Positions 11,427 through 24,600 of a stretch of DNA of 64,000 bases are shown in pieces (position 1 is the first letter of the stretch; each line of letters opens with the position of its first letter). The notes beneath the pieces were generated by a model. The model saw nothing but the letters and a program-made list of their open reading frames with translations, searched no databases and had not been told where the DNA came from. The stretch is from the NCBI RefSeq assembly GCF_006345805.1, contig NC_043007.1:76880001-76944000 (forward strand). Reading direction: 5' to 3'. The translations under genes and the position numbers were made by a program. The DNA comes from Octopus sinensis. Taxonomy: Eukaryota.

Positions 11427-11869
11427 AGAAACTATACTTTCTTTTTCTGACTTGTATTTATTTTTTTCCATTTTCTACTTTACTTGGCTGCTTTACCTGT
11501 CTCTTTTCTCCTCCCCCCAGTGCACATCCCAGACTAGAAAGTTACAAACAAACAATGTAACATTATTTTTTTTTTTGTTTCACTCACTGTAGTCATGCTG
11601 GGGCACTACCTTGAAGAGTTTAGTTGAATAAATCGACCCCAGTAATTTTAAGTCTGGTAGTTATTCTATCAATATCATTTTGCTGAATTGCTAAGTTATG
11701 AGAACAGAAAACAAACAACTTCTATTGTTAACTAGAGGTGGGGGACAAACACAACACAATGGCACACACACACACACACACACACGACAGTATGACAGAC
11801 TTCAACAGAATTTCCGTCAACCAAATTCACTCACAAGGGATTACTTGAGTCACAGTTATTCTAGAAGAT

Positions 11870-12540
11870 GGATGTCGTTCTCACTGAACCAATCTTGATG
11901 TTTCTTCACCGGTTTGCTAAATCATGCTTGGAGCAAGAGTGCATCCAAGTGGTTTTTGATGGTTTTTTGTTCTTGAAGATAGTGTTTGTAATTACTAGGT
12001 TGAACTCAGAGCAGAGGGCTAGTAGAAAGTCACTATTTAAATTTCATTTTCCTACTCCATGTTTGCCTATCATACCAGGCCTTCTATCTACATTTCTCCT
12101 TACTCTTGCATTGAGATCTCCAGAAATTATCTGCTTGTCTTTACAAGGAACTTTGCACAGCACCTCTCTCAGCTTATTCAATGTAGGTGTGTAGACACTG
12201 ACAGTTGAGGCATAGACCTTTTTGTGGAGTGATAGTCTCGTTACGATCCTGTCAGTAAGTGGTGTTGAGCCTTCCTCCAGTTGTAGAGTGGTGGAGTTCC
12301 TAATTGCAAGGCCAACACTAGCTTTCCTCCTTATTCCCACTCCAGAAGTATTTGTAGCCGTTATCTACCATTCTGTCATGTCCAAGTAAAAATGTTTCAC
12401 AAAACAAAGTGGTTATGTCGATGTAATATCCATCTAATTCCTTTTCAACTAGAGTAGTCTGATGGTCAGATCTTTCAGATTTGGTTTTATCAAGTAGTGT
12501 TCTAATAGTCCAATCAGCAATAGTCATTATTTTCTTTTGA
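11870..12540 (-). mobile_element. RTE-type LINE AP-endonuclease fragment
   Basis: YKYFWSG, VGLAI, SGDLNARV, IGKHGVGK and LVITNTIFK motifs across frameshifted ORFs 12318-12527 and 12044-12340. Confidence 0.8.
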
Positions 12541-13136
12541 CCTATCCTACATTTAACTAACTGCCGGAGCAGGAGCGAACCAGTATAGACCTTGTTTACT
12601 CAGACAATGTCTGAGTCGGTATACAAATCTTTTTCCTTTGTGACTTCATTTACCATAGAACTACTTGCAAAGTCATGGAATGAAACTAGCTTTTGCAATT
12701 GGCTAGTATCACTCTCAATACAGCTCTAATGTTGTCCTGCAGGCAAGGACAAGCCAAGACATGCTGGCATCAGTGCCATACTGCAGCGGCTGGCCGGATT
12801 ATAGATTTGTTTATCTCTGCCCTTGGGTGATGTCACCGGTCATCATCAAGGAGTGGTCTATCATAGACATATGCACACATTATTGGATGGTCATTGACTC
12901 TTATAAGTTCCTCTGTTCTTTGTCGGGTTTGTTTTTAGTCCCCAGGGTGTCTAAAATCACTCTTCTCACCAAGCAAGCTAGGCAAGGTTGCTGGTTTAGT
13001 CGCTGACGACTCGCCCATGCAACAAGTTATACTGGATTATATGTTACCAGATTCTAGAAGATACTTGCTCAAGTTACCAACATTGCGACTGAACCTGAAA
13101 CCATGTGGTTGCAAAGTGAGCTTCATAACCACAGAC

Positions 13137-13209
<73 letters not shown>

Positions 13210-13353
13210 ATATATATATATACATATATATATAATATATATGTATGTATTATATATACATATATAATATATATATATATTATGTATATATATACATATA
13301 TATATATATATATAGTATGTATATATATACATATATATATATATATATGTATG

Positions 13354-13396
<43 letters not shown>

Positions 13397-13755
13397 ATAT
13401 ACATATATATATGTATGTATATAATATACATATATATATATATATAATATATACATATATATATCTATATATATATATATATGTATTATATATACATATA
13501 TATATATGTATGTATATATATATACATACATGTATATATATATATTATATATAATATATACATATATATTATATATGTATGTATGTATATATATATACAT
13601 ATATATATATATATTATGTATATATATATCATATATATATATATATATGTATATTTATATATATATATATTATATATGTATGTATATATATATACATACA
13701 TGTATATATATATTGTATGTATATATATACATATATGTATATATATATATGTATG

Positions 13756-13801
<46 letters not shown>

Positions 13802-13811
13802 TATATGTATG

Positions 13812-13844
<33 letters not shown>

Positions 13845-13862
13845 GTATGTATATATTTATAC

Positions 13863-13899
<37 letters not shown>

Positions 13900-13922
13900 C
13901 ACACACATATATATATATATTA

Positions 13923-13990
<68 letters not shown>
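13137..13990. repeat. ~850-bp (TA)n-rich microsatellite array with TG/CA interruptions
   Basis: Directly visible; source of the spurious YI-repeat ORFs. Confidence 0.95.
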
Positions 13991-13993
<3 letters not shown>

Positions 13994-14227
13994 GACACAA
14001 GCTTTCTGTGTCCTTATGTGTCATATAGTCAACTGGAAACAGTGTTTCCTGGGACTAAATAGCAATAGCACTCTTCCCTTTCCTGGAACTGTCACAGTAA
14101 GTTGGCAACAAACCATCACCTTATCGTGCTGCTACTGTATAAGTCTCTCTCAGAGATTTAGAAATGTAATATTTCTAATATACATATATATATATATATC
14201 ATAAATGAAAAAAAGGGAAAAATGTAT

Positions 14228-14417
14228 TGTAAATAAACAAACGACATAACGCAAACGCAGTGTACAACCGGACGAGAGACAGACAATTCATTAATGATAA
14301 ATGGTGCGAAATTGAGTAATACTATTTGGTTGATAACCGATGAAGCACCAAGGACATTCTGTATGTCTCCCGTCCGGTTGTACACTCAGTATACGTTATG
14401 TTGCTTGTTTATTTACA
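14228..14417. repeat. Hairpin or small MITE, ~58-bp imperfect arms (14228-14285 and 14360-14417)
   Basis: agtgtacaaccggacgagagac pairs with gtctcccgtccggttgtacact, with flanking extension. Confidence 0.75.
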
Positions 14418-14473
14418 TTTTTCGTTTATTAAGTAATGGAATGCAACGCACCCCAACTTACATTAACAGTGTA

Positions 14474-14511
<38 letters not shown>

Positions 14512-14553
14512 CAATAATAATTCTCTAAATGAGATATAGACAGTGACTGCTCC

Positions 14554-15201
14554 ATAATATAAAGGATATTAGCCAACTGAATATGGCTAGGGACAGGGCA
14601 GGGTGGTGGGGGTGTCACTGTTGCATTTAGCCCCAGGCGAACATCAACGTCACCAGATAGGCCTGACGCCATCACGGCGTCCTCTATCTTGCAAAGGGAG
14701 ATCATTCACCAAGAAGCGGATACCACACACGGACCTAGGTTTCAAGGTGTATTGCCTATTATCAACGTGTGGTAGGCATCGCCTCTCGATGAACGACCAA
14801 CTGTGCAAGATACATATAAGAATTTTCAAGTAAATACATTTACTGATTTCGAAAATCTGTTCGACAGCAATAATAATTCTCTAAATGAGATATAGACAGT
14901 GTTCGAAATCAGTAAATGTATTTACTTGAAAATCCTTATATATATCTTGCACAGTTGGTCGTTCATCGAGAGGCGATGCCTACCACACGTTGATAATAGG
15001 CAATACACCTTGAAACCTAGGTCCGTGTGTGGTATCCGCTTCTTGGTGAATGATCTCCCTTTGCAAGATAGAGGACGCCGTGATGACGTCAGGCCTATCT
15101 GGTGACGTTGATGTTCGCCTGGGGCTAAATGCAACAGTGACACCCCCACCACCCTGCCCTGTCCCTAGCCATATTCAGTTGGCTAATATCCTTTATATTA
15201 T
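14554..15201. repeat. Near-perfect ~300-bp inverted duplication with 48-bp spacer
   Basis: Arms 14554-14853 and 14902-15201 are reverse complements with only a few mismatches; mirrored 76-aa ORFs on both strands. Confidence 0.95.
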
Positions 15202-16539
15202 ATATATATTATATATATATATATATATTGTGTGTGTGTCTACGTATTTATGCTCTAAATTTTACTTCTCTGTTTTGCACATCTTTAAGGATTAGGTGAC
15301 GGGCTATGTAAAACTTTTCCAATATTTTCTGTTAACGCTAATAGGCAAATAAATATACATAATGTCCCCTCCACGTCTGAAACGTGAGAACTTTCCTCTT
15401 CTCAAAGCACGCAAACCTCTCTTTAAAACTTAACAATTGTACTAAATATTATTTGCTGACGCAGACCCTCACAAGTTAGTTAAAATTCTAGTTATTTTTC
15501 TTCTTTCTTTATTGTTTGACGTCTTAGTTTCCATACAAACTCACCTTAATAGGAGTGAAACTATTTAAGCTAAACATGTTCGTTTAAACAACTCACGTCT
15601 CAGTACAGGATCGGCTTTCGTTCTTATTGTCCTTTCTCTTTCTTTCTCTCTGTCTTTGTCATTCAGTCTATCTGTCTGTCTCTCTCGCTCTCTTTTCCTC
15701 CCCCCATCTCTCTCTAGCTTGTCACTTTTTGAAACATCAATCTGGCTTGAATTGCCGTCATCGAATTAATTCATCCCAAAAATATAATGTCTCAGTTATG
15801 TTAATGTACTTTAACCGTTGGTTCGTAAGTAAACTTCTTGTTAAAACAAGGAAGGTATGATTTCGTATTTACTGTCCAATGAATATATAACTTTAATAAT
15901 TTTTTTCTCTTTTCAAACTTAATGGAAGTTAAGTGCAAAGCAGAGTTGACCTTTCCAGGATGTGAACTTCGTTACTCTGAAATAATTCAGCTAAATAGTG
16001 CATCTCTCGCGTTACGACTACTTCAGGTCATTTCCAATATTATGCATGCCGTGCAGTCTCGTCAGCTACATGCTCTGCAAACGGTACTCTGAGACTACCC
16101 CTATCTGTTAATCCTCTGACACTTTCAGTCAGGCTTTTCTCAACCTTGTAAGAACATCCACCTTATTTTCCCTAAGAGCACAAAAATCACTTATAACTTG
16201 GAACAGAATTCAGGTATTCAAGCTCTTTTCTCAATACTACACACCCCTATCTCAAAGCCTAATTTATGCCCCTAAACAAAACATCCATTTATCGGGTCGT
16301 TTATCATTTTAAACTGGATTTTTCATCGGAGCTACAGACCTTTCTTTCACCGTATCTCCCCAGTCTATCTCACCATCTTTCCTCTTTACATAGCAGCGTA
16401 GTCCCGAGCCTTTTAACGACAGAACTAGTAGCGTACCAGCCTTCTATATATTGAGCATAATTCCTATCGACTCAGATTGTCTTAGATCTGAAATCTCATT
16501 CCCTCTCTGAAATACTTATTTCTTTACTACCCACAAGGG

Positions 16540-16700
16540 GCTAAACAGAGAGAAGACAAACAAGGACAGACAAACGGATTAAGTCGATTATATCGACCCC
16601 AGTGCATAACTGGTACTTATTTAATCGACCCCGAAAGGATGAAAGGCAAAGTCGACCTCGGCGGAATTTGAACTCAGAACGTAACGGCTGACGAAATACC
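16540..16700 (-). mobile_element. tRNA-derived SINE family B; further copies at ~2705-2800(+), 24258-24930(+, chain), 30845-31022(+), 42245-42710(-, two), 42730-43120(+, two), 53255-53370(+), 55203-55413(+), 55430-55662(-), 63240-63355(-), 63560-63700(-)
   Basis: Recurrent ggcggcgagctggcagaa.cgttagc...gagttcaaattccgccgaggtcgactttgcctttcatcctttcggggtcgat sequence. Confidence 0.85.
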
Positions 16701-17102
16701 AGCTTGCTTTCTCTGTCTTCTTCAGCCTCTACTTTTTCCATTGTTGTCGCTTCCGGTAGTTTTGCAGTCAACCGCTAATTTTCAGATGATTTATGACCTT
16801 TGCTGCTGTCACCGCTGTTGTCCACCAGAATATCATTTATCTAATACTTAGTCACCTCTTTCACTTTGCTCTCTTTCTCCAGTATCGTGTTGAGGACTGT
16901 CGCCACAATCTTTGATTAGACATCATGTCTTGAAACTGATACTTAACAAACTCTGAGCCACATGAAGCTTTAGATAGACTGATTTCAGATCAACAGTTGC
17001 AAAAGCCCCTGTCATTTGTCTTCGTTCTCTCAGAATCCCCCTACATACATCTGCGGCCTTACCGTCTGTGTGACCTGCTGCAGATCCCGAAAGGCTTACA
17101 CT

Positions 17103-20100
17103 TGTTGTTATATATATATATAATGTATTGAGTATTAAAGGAAGTAGTGAGTACTTAGTATGAAAGATTAAGAAAATGAGAGAGACTGAAACTACGTGTT
17201 AACGATACAAGATACTTTATTCGACTGCCGTTGTTGTACAAGTTAATTGTTTTGGCGGGAAACAAAGTGAAAGTCCTTTTATCAAGGGAGACAATGGGCG
17301 ACGTTGATTGTTCATGTTTGTTGTGATGATTATATAACATCTTCCTTTTTTTTTTATTTATACTTATTTTTTTTTTATTATCATCTGTATCTACAGGGAA
17401 TAATTATTCGTCGTCCACTTTTTGTGGTTTTATTATTTTGTAGTGTTGAATTCTGTAGTTGTGCTGTTTTTGTTTTTTCATGCGTGTTTGTTGACTTTGG
17501 AAATATATTTTCATAATCTAATTCTTCTGTTATGCGAACGTGTTCGTTTGTTTTAAGAATATGTTGTCTATTTCGTTTGACTGTATTACCTTCCTCTGTT
17601 ATTACTAAGTATGACGAGGTTGCTCTAGTTTTTTAATTATTTTGCCCCTTCTAAACCAATTGTTGTTAAACTTAATTCTAACCGTGTCGTGTGGTTTTAA
17701 CTCTGGGAGTTCTGTTGTAATGTTCGATTTCTTCTTTTCGTGAGGCCTGATACCAATTTTGTCGTGTAGTATGTTTGGGAGATTTGTTCGCAATGTTCTA
17801 TTCATTATTTGATTTGCAGGGGATGGTGCACCATTTTGTAATTTAGTCGTGCGTAATGCTAAGAGCGCTAACTGAGGTTCTTCGTCACTTTTGAATGCCT
17901 TTTTTAGCGTCTTTTTTATTGTCTGTATATTTCTCTCAACCATGCCATTCGCTTGATGATAATGCGGGCTTGTCTTCGTGTGATGAAAATGCCAATTTTT
18001 TGCAATTTTTTGAATTCAGCCGAATTGAATTCTGGACCGTTGTCACTTACAACTGTTTGCGGAATTCCGAATTTAGCAAAAGTTTCTTTTAATTTTTTGA
18101 TTACGGTTTTTGACTGGCAATCATTTATTTCGTGTAGATCAAAAAATCTTGTTGTATAGTCAATAATTGTGACATACAAATTTCCAGACAGGTGAAATAC
18201 GTCTGTACCCACTTTGGTCCATGGTGTAGTAGGTATTTCATGATTTATTAGTGGTTCGGCTGCTTGTTGATTTTTGTAGTCAATGCAGTATGAGCATGTG
18301 TTAATCATGTCTTTGATTTGAGCGTTAATGCCGGGCCAGTATATACATTCCTTCGCTCTCTCTATGCATTTTTCGATACCCATGTGTCCGGTATGTATTT
18401 CCTGTAGAGCTTCTCTACGTAATGACTTAGGTACAATTATTCTTGAACCTTTTAGAACGAGACCATTGACGATTGATATTTCATCACGAACAGATACGAA
18501 TGGTTTGATGTTTATTGGTATTTTGTCTTTTGGGGGCCATTCTGTTCTTGTAAATGTGACGAGTGTCTGTAGAGACGGGTCGTCTGCAGTGGCTTCTTTA
18601 TACTCGTTTAATTTAGTGTCGGTTATGGGGTAATTTTTTATTACTGCATGAATGTGCGATTTCATATCTTCGTCTGGTACTTCTGGAGTATTTTGCTCAA
18701 GGTATGCACGTGATAGGGTATCTGCAACAATTGATTCTTTACCAGGTATGTGGTTTAGGTCAAAATCATATCTTTGTAATGTTAGTAGAAATCTTTGGAT
18801 TCTGGGGGGGGGGGGCATTTAGTGATCGATTTTTTGAATATTTGCTTCAACGGTTTATGGTCATTTTCGATTCTGAAATGAGTTCCGTATATAAACTGAT
18901 GAAATTTCTTGCATGCGAAAACTATACTGAGAGCTTCGCTCTCTATCGGACAGTAGTTTTGTTCCGCTTGAGTTGTTGCACGAGATGCAAACGAAACAGG
19001 TAGCCATCTTTCGTTGTGTTTCTGCTCAAGTATCGCTCCGAGCCCATGCTTACTAGCATCTGTAGTTATTTTTATTGGTAGATCTGGATCATAAATTGTA
19101 GCACTGGTTTTCTGGTAATCATTTCTTTTAGCTTTTTTATTGCTTCGATTTGTGGTTTGTCGAATGACCATAACGTGTCACTCTGTAGAAGCTGGCGCAA
19201 TGGTGCTGTGACTTCGGAGTAATTAGATAAAAATTTACATAGGTAATTTGTCATACCTAGGAATCTTTGTAATTCTTTTTTACTTGTTGCAGTGGCATGT
19301 GAATGATTGCTTGTACCTTGGTTGGATCTTGTTTTATCCCTTCGCTGGTTAATATATGCCCAAGGTACTTGATTTGTGATTCATAGAAGATACACTTTGA
19401 TTTATTTAACTTTAATCCGTGCTTTCGGATTCGATCGAAAACTTGTTGTAGTCTATTTGTGTGTTCTTCTAAAGTGTTGGACCAGATTATGATGTCATCC
19501 TGTGAATTTCTTGCTCCTTCTATGCCCTCTATTATTTTTGAAATTTCTTTTTGGAAAACTTCACTGGCGCTGTGAATTCCAAAGGGTAGTCGTGTGAAGC
19601 GATACCTTCCAAAAGGTGTGTTGAACGTTAAAAGATGGGAGCTTTCTTCGTCAACTGGAATTTGCCAGTATCCATTAGATGCATCGAGTTTTGAAAAATA
19701 TTTAGGGTTATGCATTTGTGCAAAAATGTCCTCCGCTGTAGGGAGTTTGAAATGTTGCCTTTTTATGGCTTTGTTTAGATTCTTGGGGTCTAAACAGAGT
19801 CGGAGTTTTCCGTTGGCTTTTTCAACGATGACTAGGGAATTTACCCAGTCTGTAGGTTCACTAACAGGTTTTATGATATCTAATTCTGTCATTCTTTTTA
19901 ATTCTTTGTTGAGTTTTTCTTTTATAGAAAAAGGAACCGATCTTGGTGGATGAATTACAGGAGTTATTTGTGGATCCACTGTGATATGATGTGTTATTGA
20001 CAAAGTGCCGATTTCTCCGAAACAGTCTTCATATTTTTCTAATATGTCGTTTGTGTTCGACGAATTTATTTTTGAAATTCTCTGAATCAGGTTTAGATCT

Positions 20101-21640
20101 TTAGCTGTCTTTGCATCTATAACTGCGTGCGAGTTTGTTTTTGCAACAATGAATTTTATTTGCTTTGATAATTCTTTGTATTTAATGACTGCTGTGCATT
20201 TTCCTAGCACTTTTATAGCTGTGTTATTGTAAGCTGATAATCGAGTTGAGGTTTTTTGCAGTTGTGGTTTTGGAATTATATTTCTATATTCTCTGAATGG
20301 CAGTACGGTTACGTCTGCTCCTGTATCTATTTTGAATGTTACATTCGAGTTGTTCACTTTTAGTTCGACCGTCCAAATGTCTTTTGGAGTCTTGAACTTT
20401 TCGATTTTGTGCACGCGGGAATTATTTGCAGTGATCATTTCGAGTGCATGTGTATCGTCATCTGATTCATCGTCGGTATGTATCTCTACTTTATGTACAA
20501 ATTTTCTTGATTTGCACATTTTTGCATAGTGTCTTTGTTTCTTGCATTTTTCACATGTCTTGTGAAATGCTGGGCATTTATTTCTTTTGTGATTATAACC
20601 ACAATAGTGACAGTTAGTGACGTAGTGTTGACTTGGCGCTTGAAACTTCGCGGGCTTTCTGTCACTTCCGCCTTGTTCGTTTTGATGTCTGGATTGCATA
20701 TGGCGGGTTATTTGGGTTTTGGCGCCTTTTCTGTCGTGTTGACTATATACCCTCGAGATTTCGTTATCTCTTGTTTCGGATGTGGCATTTAGCATCCTTG
20801 ATTGGAGTCGTGTTTGCTCTGCACTCTGACCTGCTTGAATTGTTTTTTGTAGGTCTAAATTTGGTTCTCTCAATAATCTTTCTCTTAATCTCATGTCTCT
20901 GATTCCACATATCAGAATATCTTTGGTGAGACTGTCTGTGAGGTTGCCGAATTCGCACTGTTGTGCCTTTTGGCGCAACTCTACTACGTACTCATCGAAT
21001 TTTTGATGTTCCGCTTGTCCACATGTGAAGAATTTGTGTCTTAGGAAAGTTATGTTTTTCCTGGGTTCACAATGCATCGAATTTTTCGATTACTGTCTGA
21101 AGGTTCATTTCTTCGTCGGGTGAATCGAAATCCAGTGTGGAATGGATATCTCGGCCTTTAGAACCGATGCAAGTTAAAAACATTGAAGTTTTTACTTTGT
21201 CTGGCTTCATGTCACTTTCTGTTGCTATCAAAAAGAGATTGAATTCTTTTTTCCACTTTTTCCATGCTGCGGCTAGATTTTCCTGATTAAAGTCTAGGTC
21301 TTTTGGATGCGGTAAATTTTCCATTTCGTCTTTGAAGTATGATTTCAACTTCTTTTTTTCCTTTGGTTTCTGTATTTTTGGGTTCTTTTAGTATTCTGAC
21401 ACCATGTTGTTGTTATATATATAATGTATTGAGTATTAAAGGAAGTAGTGAGTACTTAGTATGAAAGATTAAGAAAATGAGAGAGACTGAAACTACGTGT
21501 TAACGATACAAGATACTTTATTCGACTGCCGTTGTTGTACAAGTTAATTGTTTTGGCGGGAAACAAAGTGAAAGTCCTTTTATCAAGGGAGACAATGGGC
21601 GACGTTGATTGTTCATGTTTGTTGTGATGATTATATAACA
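17103..21640 (-). mobile_element. Full-length, very young Ty3/Gypsy LTR retrotransposon (Mag-like), 4538 bp
   Basis: LTRs 17103-17339 and 21408-21640 (TG...CA) differ only in (TA)7 vs (TA)5; TSD ACACT at 17098-17102 and 21641-21645; PBS TGGTGTCAGAA (tRNA-Leu-like) at 21394-21404; PPT at 17340-17355. Confidence 0.97.
17381..21324 (-). CDS. Gypsy gag-pol polyprotein (Gag, two Zn knuckles, protease, RT, RNase H, integrase) with six frameshifts
   Basis: CHYCGYNH..CPA..KTCEKCKKQRHYAKMC; FKIDTGADV; LRLCLD, KLDASNGYWQ, LPFG, SQDD; TTDASKHGLGA, IESEAL; HTGHMGIEKC, VGTDVF, VSDNGPEF, MVERNIQT. The PR-RT-RH-INT order is Gypsy type. Confidence 0.93.
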
Positions 21641-24600
21641 ACACTGACCGAACTTAATCTTTGTTGACTTTGGCATAGCAGGTACCACACCGGAAGTTAA
21701 AAAGGACGTTAGTGAGAGATGTACCGGAAGTAAGGAAGGAAATAACATTAGGTGACGAAGCGGGCGATTTGAGCGTTTTCTTTTTACTCGGGCAATGGCT
21801 GAGAACGAACGTGGAAATTCTATCTATTGGCCAACGTGTAGATAGTGTTTCACGGTTATCCACTTATCACCTCCTCTGTCCAAGGCATTAGAATATCTTC
21901 TCCATTTCATCTCTCCCTCTCAAATTTTACTCTCGCTCCCCTTTTTAAATGTATTCTAGTAGCTCACTGGAAGCTCACTTCCAGAAACATTCGACCATCT
22001 GTTACATATCACACTTTGTATAGAAATCCCTGACCTCAATCGCACAAGAAATATTCCTTTTTCTAGAGCTCACTCAACAATTCTACTGTCCTCACTCTTT
22101 AGCTGTACGCTCACAGTACATTGTACCTCGCCAAGCTATATCCCATCCTCACTGACCGTAACAGCCTCCCAGTAGGCTGTTCGCGCCCATACTCATCACA
22201 ACAACGACACCCTTAACAAGTGGTGATCAATTACAATCACATTGATCTTCATTCACATTCCACGTACTGTTAACTCTACAGTGCTTGTATCCTTCATGTA
22301 ACCTTATATTCCACCAACTGCTTTTCTGCGTAGCTAGGTGGGTGATGAAAGGAGGTGAGCGTGAGTGGGTGGTCTGTCCTGAATAGATATAGAGCAGTAT
22401 GTTTGGGTCTGCTGTATAAGCCTGTTCAGATTTTAGGGGTCCGGAGCTGATGGACGGTAAATTTATGGCGTATCACGGGTGGCATACACCGTAGCTACGT
22501 CACTGTTTATACTATTCCTTCTCACCCAGTTATCCACCAACCTGGGAGTCACGAAAGTGGCTATGCAACCCGTACCAACAATGATCCTTCACGCACTCCC
22601 TGCGGCTCTAATTATTCGCGATTTATCACAGTCACAAGTCCACAGGTTTATAACAGACGGATATAATTTATTAGCTCGTTACTGGTGAATAACTGGTATT
22701 TGTTTTAACAACATTAGACAGCATAGCTAGACAGTGGCGAGAGGGTCGGTTCGGCACTTTTGGGCCAGCCCTTTAAGTCTGTATAAGGGGCCGTGGTGGT
22801 GGAAACCTTAAAGGGCGGCTCTAGGAGGCACACACTCAAGCTATGCCGCTGCTTGAATAAGATTTCAACTCTGACGAAACTGAATAGTGCGTAGCATTTT
22901 CGTCCGACGTTCTACTTCCTCACCATTCTAATACAGTACCGGACCAATTATCCAGCACACTTAGAACCGGAAATATCCCGGATTTCTTGATTTTCCGGTT
23001 CTCTGAAGACAGTCTTAAAATTAAAACTTAAAATAAACTACGAAAAGTAAAGAGCTAAATTGTATTAAAAAAAATAATCGAAGGTCTTTCCTGAGCAATA
23101 GGCTCATAAAGCCGGTTTCCTGAATTCTTTAGCACGTATATTCTGGATTCCTAGGAGTCGGATAAAAGGTCCGTGACTGAACTTTTAGTTGTTCTTTTAT
23201 TAACGAAATGTTTGCTGGATTCAGCGATAAAGGAAATACCAGGCACGTAACAGGAGTACAATTAATCAACTATATAATTCTCTTCGAAATCTTTACCATT
23301 GTAGCAACGTAAAATTATTTTACTTAAGAATAAATCTTGATTCTGTCAACTTCCTTTATATCAATCAATTAACAAAAAACCACGTCACTCCATCCCGTCT
23401 TTGTAGTAAATTGGAGGAAAATTACCGTGCAAATAACCGTCTAATACGTGCCTTTTATTGAAATCGTTTGAAGAAGCTTCTTTCATCTCCCGAATGAGTT
23501 AAAATATTCAAAACCTCTCTACCGTACGTTTAAAGGTGCGACAGAAGAATACAACAGAACTTAAGAGTTAAACAATAAAACCACTCACACACATACACAC
23601 ACACACACACACACAAACACGAATACACACAAGACTATGAAAAAATAAATAAAATGCTTTTCCTTTTTATATCATGAAATGGAAAATCGTTTATGAGCGA
23701 AACACATTAATACAACATTAGCGAAGTCCTATACGCTGTACAGACATTTTGATAAAATTAACCAAACATAACACGTTTCACTTCTTAACAATGCGCGGGA
23801 TTTAACTCGGGTCACAAGGAAAATAACCTGACCTGGGGGGGGGGGGGGCATTTAATAGCTATAAACAGGAAAATGCATAAAATGTGAGGTGTGTTCTGAG
23901 AGCTGTTCACACTCTCTTTCGTCAAAAGCACAGCAACAACACGTGTACTGATGCACGTATACATAAACAGATATGTTTACATGTAAGATATATGAAATAT
24001 GTGTGTGTTTGTGTGTGTATACGCATGTACATATTTGTGTATTCATACATTTATGATTATATTTATGCATACATGTATGTACGTATATTCTTTTATGCAT
24101 TTCAGGCCAAAGGTTGTGGCCATGCTGGGGCACTGGAACTAGATATCGAAGCACATATGCTATAAATATTAGCATGTAAATATTGGGTCGAAATAAAACC
24201 TTTTTGGATAGAAAAAATCGAAGGCTGTTGATCAAACGACATGCTATTATTTACAGCTTCGTCAAGGCGGCGAGCCGGCAGAATCGTTAGCACGCCGAGC
24301 GAAATGCGTAGCCGTATTTCGCCTGTCTCTACGTTCTGGGTTCAAATTCCGCCGAGGTCGACTTTGCCTTTCATCCTTTCGGGGTCGATAAATTAAATAC
24401 CAGTTACGCATTGGAGTCGATGTAATCGACTTAATCCGTTTGTCTGTCTTTGTTTGTCCTCTCTGTGTTTAGCCCCTTGTGGGTAGTAAAGAAATAGGTA
24501 TTTTGTCTGTCATCTCGTTTTAGGTTCAAATTCCGCCGAGGTCGACTTTACCTTTCATCCTTTCGGGGTCGATAAAATATCTACCAGTTGAGTACTGGGG

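Noticed and set aside
13037-14204. Long ORFs of Y/I/M/C/V repeats (up to 232 aa)
   Set aside because: Translations of the (TA)n array; the same applies to ORFs over the TATG, CA, GA and ATT arrays elsewhere.
14603-15152. Mirror 76-aa ORFs on both strands
   Set aside because: A by-product of the inverted duplication; no splice signals or recognisable domain.
15950-16450. Possible L1/Tx1 C-terminal remnant on the minus strand; similar at 40700-41230 and a possible RTE 5' remnant at 41740-42240
   Set aside because: Only weak motif resemblance; cannot be supported without alignment.
17155-17340. Identical ~61-aa ORFs at 17155-17340 and 21456-21644
   Set aside because: These are the two LTRs, not genes.
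21850-22700. Possible LINE ORF1 remnant and a signal-peptide-like ORF at 22479
   Set aside because: GTG start, no convincing donor site or domain.
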